In this document: one piece after another, positions 34,912 through 44,338 of the stretch
Layout: each line of letters starts with the position of its first letter
How positions within the stretch are numbered: the stretch's first letter is position 1
NCBI GenBank assembly: GCA_036336885.1
Contig: JAYZFG010000002.1
Span: forward strand, 200 to 64,199
DNA length: 64,000 nt
Origin: Pseudomonadota bacterium
GTDB taxonomy: Bacteria > Pseudomonadota > Alphaproteobacteria > MPNO01 > UBA2964
Direction: 5' to 3'
Made by a program: the position numbers and the translations under genes
The notes under the pieces: model-generated
The model's database searches: none
What the model saw: only the letters and a program-made list of their open reading frames with translations
What the model was told of the DNA's origin: nothing

Positions 34912-36744
34912 TTATTGGCCTAAGGTTTTGGTTGTTATTAGGCCGTGGCGTAATTTATCTTCGATACCCGGTATAAACTCTTTTTCTGGAGAGAGCGATA
35001 AAGCCCGTTTCCATTGGAAACGAGCTTCATTTTTTCGCCCTACCTTCCAGTAAGCATCCCCTAAGTGATCATTTATGGTTGGATCTTCCGGTCTCAAAAC
35101 CACAGCGCGTTCTAAATTTTTAGTCGCCCCCAGAAAATCTCCGAGACGGAACAAAACCCAACCAAGGCTGTCCACGATATAACCATCGTTTGGCCTCAAA
35201 TTAACAGCAGTGCGGATCATCTTTTTTGCCCTTTCAAGGTTTATACCTCTATCGACCCAAGAATATCCCAAATAATTTAAGACAAAAGGCTGTTGAGGAT
35301 TGAGATCAAGTGCCTTTAAAAAATCTTTTTCCGCATTTTGCCATCTTTTAGCCCGTTCAAAAGCTATACCCCGAGCATATAATATTGACCAATGATTCTT
35401 CTCTAATCTACCAACTCTATTTATTGCGTGATCGTACGCTTTTATAGCCTTTAAAAAATTTTTCTGTGAACGATAAACATCGCCAATCCTAATTAACGGC
35501 TCAAAACGATGTTTATGTTCTTTGGCCATGGTTCTCAGTAGCGAAATTGCGTCATTTGTTAAACCCAACTCATTCAGAGTGGATGCCTGACGGAGCCTTG
35601 CTGCCCACGATATTGGGGATTTTCGATCAATCTTTTTGTATAGTGCTACCGCTTCTAAATTTCTCGACAATGATTCAAGCAGATCACCCAAAAGAAGCTG
35701 TGCTAAAGGAAATGCTGGACGTATTCGTAAAGCCAATCGACCGTAAATCAATGCGAGGTCGGAAGATTGCCCATGCGCTAAGGTACTGGCCAAATTAAAA
35801 AATACTTCGGCCATCCCTTCTTGCGCATTTTTAATAAATATTGGTGACGGATACCTAGCCTCAACCCTCTCTATCATACTTTCAATGGCATCATTTCCAT
35901 TACCAGATAGAAAACGCCTGTATATTTCTTTAGCTTCTTTCCATCTTTTCTTGCGCTCAAGAAAAACTCCAAACGCCATTACACCACGGACCGAGGAATG
36001 TTTTTCAACCGACTTTTTTAACGATTTTTCAGCTAAATCAGGCTTTCCTGCCTGCTCATATATTAATCCCATGTGCATATTTTGAAGTGAAGAAAAGGAT
36101 GATATTTTTTCTAATTCTTCGATATTTTCAATTGCGCCAATTAAATCACCTTGCGCAAACTTAAGCCAACCTAACAACAGTGGTGAAAAAAATTTTGCCA
36201 TACCTTTTTTGGGTAAGGCCTTTAGCCTTTTCTCAGCTAAGATATAATTGCCGGATGCCATGTCCTCAACTAATAAGCTCAACGTGGGAAGCGGGTCACC
36301 CTTATCTAGATTTACGATCTCCTTCGCTAGAACAGCTGCTTCTGGCATATGTCCGCCAGCCAATAGCGAAAGGAAAGCCTGTCGCCGGATTTGTCTATTT
36401 TTTGAGTCGATGGACAACGCGCCTGATAAGTATTTTGCCGCATTACTATAATCACGACGTCGGTGTGCGGAACGACCAGCTAAGTAATTCCCAGATGCGG
36501 AGGCAAACTCGGGTCCTAGAGAAACTTCCTTTATAGTCTCACTGTATTTTATTCCGGTCAGTGGCGTTGAAATTGCGTCTTTAACGGATATACAACAAAT
36601 AAAAAAAACATTCGCTACAATTAAAATCCAGATTCTAAGTGGACCTTGAACACTAAAACAACACCTACCTGAATTCCCAGGCTGATTTTTAGTCATTTGA
36701 AAACTAAATAATGCTAACCGTTTAATCAGAAATTTGTCTCTCAA
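34912..36744 (-). CDS. Tetratricopeptide-repeat protein with N-terminal membrane anchor/signal
   Basis: Multiple TPR units (AxxxYxxAL patterns throughout). Ends 2 nt before the ispE start. The start codon is uncertain (M1 or M17). Confidence 0.72.
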   Translation of the reverse strand: MRDKFLIKRLALFSFQMTKNQPGNSGRCCFSVQGPLRIWILIVANVFFICCISVKDAISTPLTGIKYSETIKEVSLGPEFASASGNYLAGRSAHRRRDYSNAAKYLSGALSIDSKNRQIRRQAFLSLLAGGHMPEAAVLAKEIVNLDKGDPLPTLSLLVEDMASGNYILAEKRLKALPKKGMAKFFSPLLLGWLKFAQGDLIGAIENIEELEKISSFSSLQNMHMGLIYEQAGKPDLAEKSLKKSVEKHSSVRGVMAFGVFLERKKRWKEAKEIYRRFLSGNGNDAIESMIERVEARYPSPIFIKNAQEGMAEVFFNLASTLAHGQSSDLALIYGRLALRIRPAFPLAQLLLGDLLESLSRNLEAVALYKKIDRKSPISWAARLRQASTLNELGLTNDAISLLRTMAKEHKHRFEPLIRIGDVYRSQKNFLKAIKAYDHAINRVGRLEKNHWSILYARGIAFERAKRWQNAEKDFLKALDLNPQQPFVLNYLGYSWVDRGINLERAKKMIRTAVNLRPNDGYIVDSLGWVLFRLGDFLGATKNLERAVVLRPEDPTINDHLGDAYWKVGRKNEARFQWKRALSLSPEKEFIPGIEDKLRHGLITTKTLGQ

Positions 36745-36856
36745 AGTATACCAATCTCGCCAGCATAGAAGTCATTATTCCAACAACTAATATAACGATG
36801 TTAAATCAAAAATGCGAGCGCCATCCACCAGGAACAGCCTTTCAATTACGGAAATT

Positions 36857-38485
36857 TTACATATTAGGATAGTTAGGCCCTCCGCCACCTTCAGGGACCA
36901 CCCAATTAATATTTTGTGTAGGGTCTTTTATGTCACAAGTCTTACAATGCACACAATTTTGTGCATTTATCTGCAGTCTTAGCCCGTTATCGTCACCGTC
37001 ATCAATAATTTCATAAACACCGGCAGGGCAGTATCGCTGCTCCGGAGCGTCATAAATTTCAAGATTAGTCGAAATCGGTACAGAATCATCTTTTAATTTC
37101 AAGTGAACCGGCTGATCCTCTTCGTGATTGGTATTGGAAATAAAGACTGATGATAATCTGTCGAACGAAATTTTCCCATCCGGTTTCGGGTACTCAATAA
37201 TATTGCTTTTCTCAGCGGGCAATAAAGTAGTGTGGTCAGCGTGCTGCCTGAACGTCCAAGGTGCTCTGCCTCGCAACAAAAACGTATCTATTGCAGAATA
37301 TATTAGCCCAACCCAGAGGCCCCAGCGAAAAGAGGGCCTGATATTCCTGACGCGGTATAATTCATCCCACACCCAACTCCTTTTTAATTGCTCGGGATAA
37401 TTTTCCAATACGTTTCCGCTCTCACTTTTTAACGCAGCGAATGCCGCTTCGGCTGCAACCATGCCAGTCTTCATTGCATTGTGGCTGCCCTTGATTTTGG
37501 GAACATTTAAAAACCCAGCCGCACAGCCAATGATTGCTGCCCCAGGACAAACTAGTTTTGGAATTGACTGGAATCCTCCCTCGTTTAAGGCCCTAGCCCC
37601 ATAGGCAACACGTCGACCTCCCTCAAAAGTAGGGCGAATATTAGGATGGGTCTTGAACCGCTGAAACTCTTCAAAGGGCGAAAGGAAGGGGTTTCGATAA
37701 TCAAGGCCTGTTACAAATCCAACAGCCACCTGATTATCTTCTAAATGATACAAAAAAGAACCACCATATGTTTTCGTGTCGAGTGGCCAACCGATCGTGT
37801 GAACAATTTTCCCTTGATGGTGTTGATCTGGGTCAACCTCCCATAATTCTTTTATACCAATCGCATACGATTGGGCATCCGCATTTGATCTCATATCGAA
37901 TTTCTCAAAGAGACCCTTGGTTAGAGAGCCACGACACCCTTCTGCAAACAACGTATACTTAGCCCGTAATTCGTAACCTGGAGAGAAATTATCCTTATGG
38001 CTGCCATCTGACGCAACGCCCATATCACTGGTTGCCACCCCGCTAACGACTTCACCGTCATATAGAATTTCAGATGCAGAAAATCCTTCAAAAACCTGAA
38101 CTCCAAGCTCTTCAGCCTGTTCTTTGAGCCAACGACACACATTTCCAAGACTTACAATATAATTACCTTTGTTATGCATTTGTGGGGGGGTAGGCAAAGC
38201 AAATGAGCGGCCTTCAGTTAAAAAAATAAAATTATCATCAATAGCTTTTGTTTTTATGGGTGCTCCTTTGTCCTGCCAATCCGGAATAAGTTCGTTTAAT
38301 GCCTTTGTTTCGAGAACAGCGCCGGAAAGTATATGAGCACCAACTTCTGACCCTTTTTCTAGTAAACAAATATTCAATTCCATATCGTTTTCAGCTGCGA
38401 GTTGCCCCAACCTGATGGCCGCCGAAAGGCCTGACGGCCCCGCACCTACTATAACTATATCGACATCCATTGCCTCGCGTTCCAT
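36857..38485 (-). CDS. Electron-transfer flavoprotein:ubiquinone oxidoreductase (ETF-QO)
   Basis: DVDIVIVGAGPSGLSAA and the C-terminal 4Fe-4S region CVHCKTCDIKDPTQNINWVVPEGGGGPNYPNM. Confidence 0.92.
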   Translation of the reverse strand: MEREAMDVDIVIVGAGPSGLSAAIRLGQLAAENDMELNICLLEKGSEVGAHILSGAVLETKALNELIPDWQDKGAPIKTKAIDDNFIFLTEGRSFALPTPPQMHNKGNYIVSLGNVCRWLKEQAEELGVQVFEGFSASEILYDGEVVSGVATSDMGVASDGSHKDNFSPGYELRAKYTLFAEGCRGSLTKGLFEKFDMRSNADAQSYAIGIKELWEVDPDQHHQGKIVHTIGWPLDTKTYGGSFLYHLEDNQVAVGFVTGLDYRNPFLSPFEEFQRFKTHPNIRPTFEGGRRVAYGARALNEGGFQSIPKLVCPGAAIIGCAAGFLNVPKIKGSHNAMKTGMVAAEAAFAALKSESGNVLENYPEQLKRSWVWDELYRVRNIRPSFRWGLWVGLIYSAIDTFLLRGRAPWTFRQHADHTTLLPAEKSNIIEYPKPDGKISFDRLSSVFISNTNHEEDQPVHLKLKDDSVPISTNLEIYDAPEQRYCPAGVYEIIDDGDDNGLRLQINAQNCVHCKTCDIKDPTQNINWVVPEGGGGPNYPNM

Positions 38486-38547
38486 TTATTCCTCTTCCCT
38501 TTGCTATCCTGCTGTTTAACTGTTCTCTTTCATGATACCTTTTTCAT

Positions 38548-39393
38548 ATGGTAGAAGAAAATAGCCTAACGGAAATTCTCAAATGGTACATCGAAAACGG
38601 TGTAAATGAGGCCTTGCAGGAAAAGCCAGTCAATCGCCTGATTTCAGTTCAACCAATTAAAAATAATCAAAAAAAAGATACACCGTTTTCTGACATTATT
38701 ACAAACTCTGCTCCTAACTCACCTCCGGTTTCCGACCCATCTTCAAAACTGATTCCACGTGAAAAAGCCATAGAGTTTGCCCTTGCCGCTGCAAAGTCGG
38801 CTGACACCTTGGAAGCTTTGCGTATCGTAATAAACGAATTTGATGGCTGCCCCCTTAAACAGACAGCCAAAAATTTGGTCTTTGGTGAGGGCAGCATCGG
38901 TTCTAACCTTATGTTTGTGGGAGAGGCCCCCGGTGCACAAGAGGACCGCGAAGGTATACCATTTGTAGGACCGGCAGGACAGCTCCTAAACCGCCTTCTA
39001 GCAGCCATCTCAGTTGAACGCAAAGATGTATATATCACCAATATTTTACCTTGGCGTCCGCCAGGAAACCGTACCCCGACCCCCACAGAAATAATTTCCT
39101 GCATGCCATTTATTGAGCGACATATAGAGCTTGTATGTCCTAAAATATTGATATTGGTTGGAGGCGTAGCAGCAAAATCACTCTTAGGATCATCACAGGG
39201 TATTATGCGAACAAGAGGCAAATGGCTGGAATACCAGCACGAAAACTTACCTACTCCTATTCTCGCCCGCGCTATTTTACATCCCGCATACTTGATACGT
39301 TCACCGGCACAGAAGCGTGAAACATGGATAGATTTATTAGAAATTAAAAAGAAACTTGATGATATAAATGAAGATGGTTTTTCTAACCTTTGA
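38548..39393 (+). CDS. Family 4-type uracil-DNA glycosylase with N-terminal extension
   Basis: GEAPGAQEDREGIPFVGPAGQLLN and HPAYLIR motifs. Confidence 0.87.
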   Translation: MVEENSLTEILKWYIENGVNEALQEKPVNRLISVQPIKNNQKKDTPFSDIITNSAPNSPPVSDPSSKLIPREKAIEFALAAAKSADTLEALRIVINEFDGCPLKQTAKNLVFGEGSIGSNLMFVGEAPGAQEDREGIPFVGPAGQLLNRLLAAISVERKDVYITNILPWRPPGNRTPTPTEIISCMPFIERHIELVCPKILILVGGVAAKSLLGSSQGIMRTRGKWLEYQHENLPTPILARAILHPAYLIRSPAQKRETWIDLLEIKKKLDDINEDGFSNL

Positions 39394-39478
39394 AGCGCTT
39401 GCCTTAATTTGCAGGCAGAGTTAACCCTAATAACCGGATTGAAGGTTGAAGTTTCATCGGCCCCAGGAGCATCTTTAG

Positions 39479-41239
39479 TTGCCAAAATTTAGTTATAAAT
39501 TAATACAAAACGGCTTGATGACAGCGAGAATAATAATTTTTTCAGCAACCGTTTCAATTGCATTAATCAGTTATACCGCTGATGCTAAGAATAATTACCA
39601 ATTCCCAAAGCCATTGGATAAAACCGATGTCAAATTGTATCAGCAAATTTTTCTAATCCAAGAAAAGGGTAATTGGAGAAAAGCTAATCGGTTGATTAAA
39701 AAACTCTCCAATAAGATATTGCTTGGACACATCCAAGCACAACGCTATTTACACCCAACCCGTTACCGTTCTCGCTATAAGGAGCTAGCCAATTGGCTCA
39801 GGAAATACGCCGATCACCCTGATGCCAGACGAATTTATAAACTTGCTCTACGCAGAAAACCAAGAAATTCTCCAAGGCCAACAAAACCTAATCTGCCAAA
39901 GAAAGTTATTTTTTCCGAAAGCGGAAACGGGGGAATAGAGCGTAATAGTCGACGAGGCTTACGCTACCCGCGCCTGGCACGAAATTTACACTTGCAAATT
40001 AGAAGACTTGTACGAAGACAAAGACTAACAATTGCGGAAAATCTTCTAAAGCAGAAACGTTTCAGGAAACTTAACGTCGCACATATAGATATAAATAAGA
40101 TGAGAATCAGCAGTGGGTGGTTTTATTTAGGCGAAGATCGCCGCGCATTTAATATCGCTTCTAGTGCTGCCCGCCGGTCAGGCAAATACTACCCGCTCGG
40201 TCATTGGTATGTCGGGCTCGCCGCCTTTCGATCCAAGCGTTATATAAATGCTGCGGATCATTTTCAGTCAATGGCCGCTATTGGTGGGCAATCCAGGTGG
40301 TCACAATCAGCGGCCGCGTTTTGGGCTGCCCGTGCTAATCTTGTTGCTCAGCGTCCCGATCGTGTGAGCCGATGGTTAGGATTGGCCTCTAGCCACCCAA
40401 GAACGTTTTATGGTGTCTTAGCCGGCCGAATATTAGGCATTCCCTCCCCTTTTAAGTGGAATGCACTAAAGACCAAAAAAAAGGCCATAATTGAAGTTTC
40501 TAAAAATCTTCGGGCACAGCGGGCTCTTGGTCTAATTCAGGCTGGCAACTTCAGTCGGGCAGAACAAGAACTCCGATACCTTGGGCAAAACAAAAGCGCA
40601 ATTAGGAGAATAGCCTTACTTCATATAGCGGATCACTTTGGTTTGCCATCTCTGGCCCTTAAAACTGCAATCGCTTTAATGCGACAAAATCAAATTAGAA
40701 TTGAGCGTGGTTTATACCCGGTACCACGATGGACACCCAAAGATGGATTTAAGATTGACCGTGCTTTGATTTATGCGGTTATGCGCCAAGAATCCGCATT
40801 CAATACCCGAGCTAAAAGTCATGCCGGAGCACGCGGACTTATGCAGTTAATGCCAAGCACAGCTGGTTACATGGCGCAAAAGAGGTTTAGAGGGTGGAAA
40901 CGAAACAAATTATACGATCCAGGACTTAACTTGAAATTGGGGCAAAAATATCTCGGTTATCTGTTACAGCATGAAACTGTCAGAGGAAACGTATTGTTCA
41001 TGGCTGCAGCATACAATGGGGGACCAGGAAATTTAGCAAAGTGGCAGAAGAGGATTTTTAAACGGACGCGAGATCCACTCATGTTCATTGAGAGTATGCC
41101 ATCACGTGAAACTCGAGACTTTGTAGAAAGAGTATTATCTAATTTTTGGATTTATCGAGACCGATTTGGTCAAAAATCTCCAACATTGGATTCCATTGCC
41201 CAAGGTCTAAATCCGGTTTACAAATCATTGGATAAATAA
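39479..41239 (+). CDS. Soluble lytic murein transglycosylase (Slt-like)
   Basis: Catalytic region MRQESAFNTRAKSHAGARGLMQLMP...AAYNGGPGN. The probable true start is the ATG at 39518, before signal peptide MTARIIIFSATVSIALISYTADA. Confidence 0.85.
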   Translation: MPKFSYKLIQNGLMTARIIIFSATVSIALISYTADAKNNYQFPKPLDKTDVKLYQQIFLIQEKGNWRKANRLIKKLSNKILLGHIQAQRYLHPTRYRSRYKELANWLRKYADHPDARRIYKLALRRKPRNSPRPTKPNLPKKVIFSESGNGGIERNSRRGLRYPRLARNLHLQIRRLVRRQRLTIAENLLKQKRFRKLNVAHIDINKMRISSGWFYLGEDRRAFNIASSAARRSGKYYPLGHWYVGLAAFRSKRYINAADHFQSMAAIGGQSRWSQSAAAFWAARANLVAQRPDRVSRWLGLASSHPRTFYGVLAGRILGIPSPFKWNALKTKKKAIIEVSKNLRAQRALGLIQAGNFSRAEQELRYLGQNKSAIRRIALLHIADHFGLPSLALKTAIALMRQNQIRIERGLYPVPRWTPKDGFKIDRALIYAVMRQESAFNTRAKSHAGARGLMQLMPSTAGYMAQKRFRGWKRNKLYDPGLNLKLGQKYLGYLLQHETVRGNVLFMAAAYNGGPGNLAKWQKRIFKRTRDPLMFIESMPSRETRDFVERVLSNFWIYRDRFGQKSPTLDSIAQGLNPVYKSLDK

Positions 41240-41257
41240 ACTTAATAGAGAGACTAA

Positions 41258-41788
41258 ATGTCTGGAATCGATAAATCGATCCCTTTTGTTCCTGTAAATA
41301 TAGCTGTTTTAACAGTTTCCGATACTCGAACAGAAAAAACCGATAGGTCCGGCGAGCTCCTAGTTACTAAACTGAAAGACGCTGGGCACACATTAGTAGA
41401 AAAAACAATTGTTCCGGATGACCAATCTGCAATAATTTTCAAACTTCAGCAGTGGATTTTAGATCCAAAGGTTGAAGTGGTGTTAGCAACCGGAGGCACC
41501 GGTATTACTGGCCGAGACGTAACGCCTGAAGCATTTTCTGCAGTTTATGAAAAGGAGATTACTGGTTTTGGGGAGTTGTTCCGACAACTTAGCTATGAAT
41601 TGATTGGGACTTCAACAATCCAATCACGTGCTACTGCGGGAGTGGCTGCAGGTACTTATCTTTTCGCCTTACCAGGATCAACCGGTGCTTGTCGCGATGC
41701 ATGGGACGGTATTTTGCTTTCACAGTTGGACATTCGTCATAGACCATGTAATTTCGCCGAACTTCTTCCCCGACTTCAGGAACGTTAA
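41258..41788 (+). CDS. moaB: Molybdenum cofactor biosynthesis protein B (MogA/MoaB family)
   Basis: VLTVSDTR...[16 protein letters not shown]...[12 protein letters not shown]. Confidence 0.85.
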   Translation: MSGIDKSIPFVPVNIAVLTVSDTRTEKTDRSGELLVTKLKDAGHTLVEKTIVPDDQSAIIFKLQQWILDPKVEVVLATGGTGITGRDVTPEAFSAVYEKEITGFGELFRQLSYELIGTSTIQSRATAGVAAGTYLFALPGSTGACRDAWDGILLSQLDIRHRPCNFAELLPRLQER

Positions 41789-42375
41789 TTAGACCAATTA
41801 ATTAAATCGGTAACATCGTCTATATCATCGAGTTCATTAACAAACACCGTACGTTTGATACCAGTGTTTTTAAGAGTATCTGCCAATGCATGTTCGGTGG
41901 ACCACCGAACGTTCTTAAACAGACCCCTCGTTAAAGAACCTATCCGAGCCCCAACAAGCCAGTACCCACCATCCGAGGATGGTCCAAACACAAGGTCAGA
42001 TCGTTTGGCTAGAGAAAATGCTTCTTTGATAATTTTCTGGGAAATTTCCGGAATATCACTTCCAACAATTATGACGGGCTGGTTTGGAAACCGAAGTAAT
42101 GCCCGTTCCATTCGTTCTCCAAGATTGCCGTGACCCTGTGGTATCCTATCTTTAGCCTCCTTCCAAAACCTACACTGCAAGGCTGCGTCATCTGGCGTAA
42201 CACACAAAATTGTTCGCCAAATTCGGTCTTTTGAAATTTTTTTTATAATATCAGTTGATGTTTTGGCATAAAATTCCCGCGCTTGCACTTGACCAATACC
42301 CCTTGCAAGTCTTGTTTTGACGGTTCCTAAAAAGGGTGCGCGAACGAAAATAAGAAGAATTGGCAACCTTTTCAT
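41785..42375 (-). CDS. DUF2064 / TIGR04282-like nucleotidyltransferase-fold protein (CofC-related)
   Basis: [13 protein letters not shown]...[11 protein letters not shown]...[14 protein letters not shown]. The start overlaps the upstream gene stop (ATGA). Confidence 0.72.
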   Translation of the reverse strand: MKRLPILLIFVRAPFLGTVKTRLARGIGQVQAREFYAKTSTDIIKKISKDRIWRTILCVTPDDAALQCRFWKEAKDRIPQGHGNLGERMERALLRFPNQPVIIVGSDIPEISQKIIKEAFSLAKRSDLVFGPSSDGGYWLVGARIGSLTRGLFKNVRWSTEHALADTLKNTGIKRTVFVNELDDIDDVTDLINWSN

Positions 42376-43040
42376 TTGTAAAGACGAACCAAAAAATGAG
42401 GTGAAGCTCCCAAATAGTATAGTATAAACATTAAAAGATTTTTGAACGACTGAAAAAATAAACGGTTTTTGTTATACCGTTCGGCAGAAGTGACAGCGCG
42501 ACTATTAAAAAACACCAACTGTCTTCTCCCTATTCGCCTTATAATGTCAACATCTTCAAATATGGGAATTGATTTAAAACCACCCAAATCCTCATAGAAT
42601 GACCGACTAATCAACATACCCTGGTCACCAAATGGCATAGCAAGAAGTTTGTTTCGCAAAAAAACAATCTTTTCTATAACTCGAGCAAGCCAGCGCGGAT
42701 CATCGAACGAAAATTTAAATACTCCCGCTTTATCCAAACCTAGATTCATAAACTTAGTAGCTTCAGTAAACCAGCCATCGGCTAACACAGTATCAGCATG
42801 AAGAAACAACAACCAATCGCCCTCAGCGATCTGTGCCCCAATTTTTAATTGTGACCCACGACCTTTCCCAACGGTAACTACACGCGCTCCGACACTTTTT
42901 GCGTACCCAACTGTACCGTCAATCGATCCGCCATCACTTATTATAATTTCGTCTACGAAACGTTTTATCGAATTCAATGTTGGTTTTAGGCGTTCTTCCT
43001 CATTTAAAGTGGGCAAAATTACACTTAACATAAAAATCAC
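42372..43040 (-). CDS. Family 2 glycosyltransferase, TIGR04283-like partner of DUF2064
   Basis: LSVILPTLNEEERL...IISDGGSIDGT...LLFLHADTVL. Confidence 0.72.
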   Translation of the reverse strand: MIFMLSVILPTLNEEERLKPTLNSIKRFVDEIIISDGGSIDGTVGYAKSVGARVVTVGKGRGSQLKIGAQIAEGDWLLFLHADTVLADGWFTEATKFMNLGLDKAGVFKFSFDDPRWLARVIEKIVFLRNKLLAMPFGDQGMLISRSFYEDLGGFKSIPIFEDVDIIRRIGRRQLVFFNSRAVTSAERYNKNRLFFQSFKNLLMFILYYLGASPHFLVRLYK

Positions 43041-43140
43041 TTTTTAAATTTGTTATTTTTGATTTGATTAATATAAGAAAATCCTGTAACAACTGTATAA
43101 ATGTTCTTGTTTTGTTCTTCCCGTCTTTATATAGTTAAAT

Positions 43141-44277
43141 ATGGTTAATAAACTACCAAAATCCATTGATAATCAACAGGAAAACATTTTCTTAAAAGAA
43201 GAGTTATTTCCAAGGCAAACCGGTCGTGGCTCTATCTCCAATCGTACCGGCCGATTTGAGAAACATAACGAACAGGCCGTACAGGACGGGTGGCTAAGTG
43301 GCAAAGAATTTTTGTCCCAAAATAAAGTTTCAACGAGCCTAACCAAGGATGCATGTAAAACTATTATCACTCGAAATCAATCTCCGGATGTCCCTTTCGA
43401 TCGTTCAATCAACCCCTATCGCGGTTGTGAACATGGCTGTATCTACTGTTTTGCGCGCCCCACGCATGCATTTCTGGGGTTTTCTGCGGGACTGGATTTT
43501 GAGACCAAACTTTTTTACAAACCCGAGGCACCCAATCTCCTTAGACGAGAATTGAGCAAAGCGGCTTATAAATGCCGCACTATAGCTATGGGCACTAACA
43601 CTGACCCCTATCAACCGGTAGAAAAGCAACTTCGATTGACCAGAGGAATTCTTGAAGTGCTATCCGAATTTAATCACCCGGTAAGCATTGTTACCAAATC
43701 GACGTTAGTCCTGCGAGACCTAGATATATTAAAAATTATGGCCAAACAGGGGCTGGTAAAGGTATCTCTTTCGGTAACAACACTTGACCACCGTCTTTCC
43801 AATAAACTAGAACCTAGAGCGCCAACTCCAATGAAACGCCTGGCGACCATTAGGACTCTAGTTGATGCTGGTATCCCTTGCGGCATAATCGTAGCCCCTA
43901 TAATTCCGGGATTAAATGATCACGAGCTTGAAGGCATCCTAGCTAACGGCAGCGATGCAGGAGCCCAGCTAGCTTCATATATTTTGCTTCGTTTACCACT
44001 TGAAGTTTCTGAACTCTTTAAAGAATGGCTAAATATCCACGAACCAAATCGGGCAAATCGAGTAATGAATTTATTGGCCAGCACTCGCGGAGGTAAAGTC
44101 TACCAATCAGCGTTTAATTCTCGTATGACTGGCGCCGGAGAATATGCTTTTCTATTAAAAAGACGTTTTAATTTAGCATTAAAAAAATTCAATTATGACT
44201 CGCCTGGTATTGCGCTTAACACAAGTCAGTTTGGTGTTCCAAAAAAGATTGATAATAATCAGTTAGCTTTATTCTAG
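43141..44277 (+). CDS. Radical SAM protein, PA0069 / COG1533 (SplB-like) family
   Basis: GRGSISNRTGRFE N-terminal motif, CEHGCIYC (CxxxCxxC) cluster and MGTNTDPYQPVE. Confidence 0.8.
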   Translation: MVNKLPKSIDNQQENIFLKEELFPRQTGRGSISNRTGRFEKHNEQAVQDGWLSGKEFLSQNKVSTSLTKDACKTIITRNQSPDVPFDRSINPYRGCEHGCIYCFARPTHAFLGFSAGLDFETKLFYKPEAPNLLRRELSKAAYKCRTIAMGTNTDPYQPVEKQLRLTRGILEVLSEFNHPVSIVTKSTLVLRDLDILKIMAKQGLVKVSLSVTTLDHRLSNKLEPRAPTPMKRLATIRTLVDAGIPCGIIVAPIIPGLNDHELEGILANGSDAGAQLASYILLRLPLEVSELFKEWLNIHEPNRANRVMNLLASTRGGKVYQSAFNSRMTGAGEYAFLLKRRFNLALKKFNYDSPGIALNTSQFGVPKKIDNNQLALF

Positions 44278-44338
44278 CAGGTCAATATTGTTCAAGATTG
44301 AGCGCGACTCGGTCTTGCGTGCTAGTTTTAACTCCTAA

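Noticed and set aside
38667-39485. 272-codon ORF antisense to the uracil-DNA glycosylase gene, extending into the Slt gene start
   Set aside because: It is fully shadowed by a well-supported sense gene with clear UDG motifs. Its translation is Ser/Arg/Ala/Pro-biased with no recognisable domain. Long shadow ORFs arise when the sense codon usage happens to avoid antisense stops.
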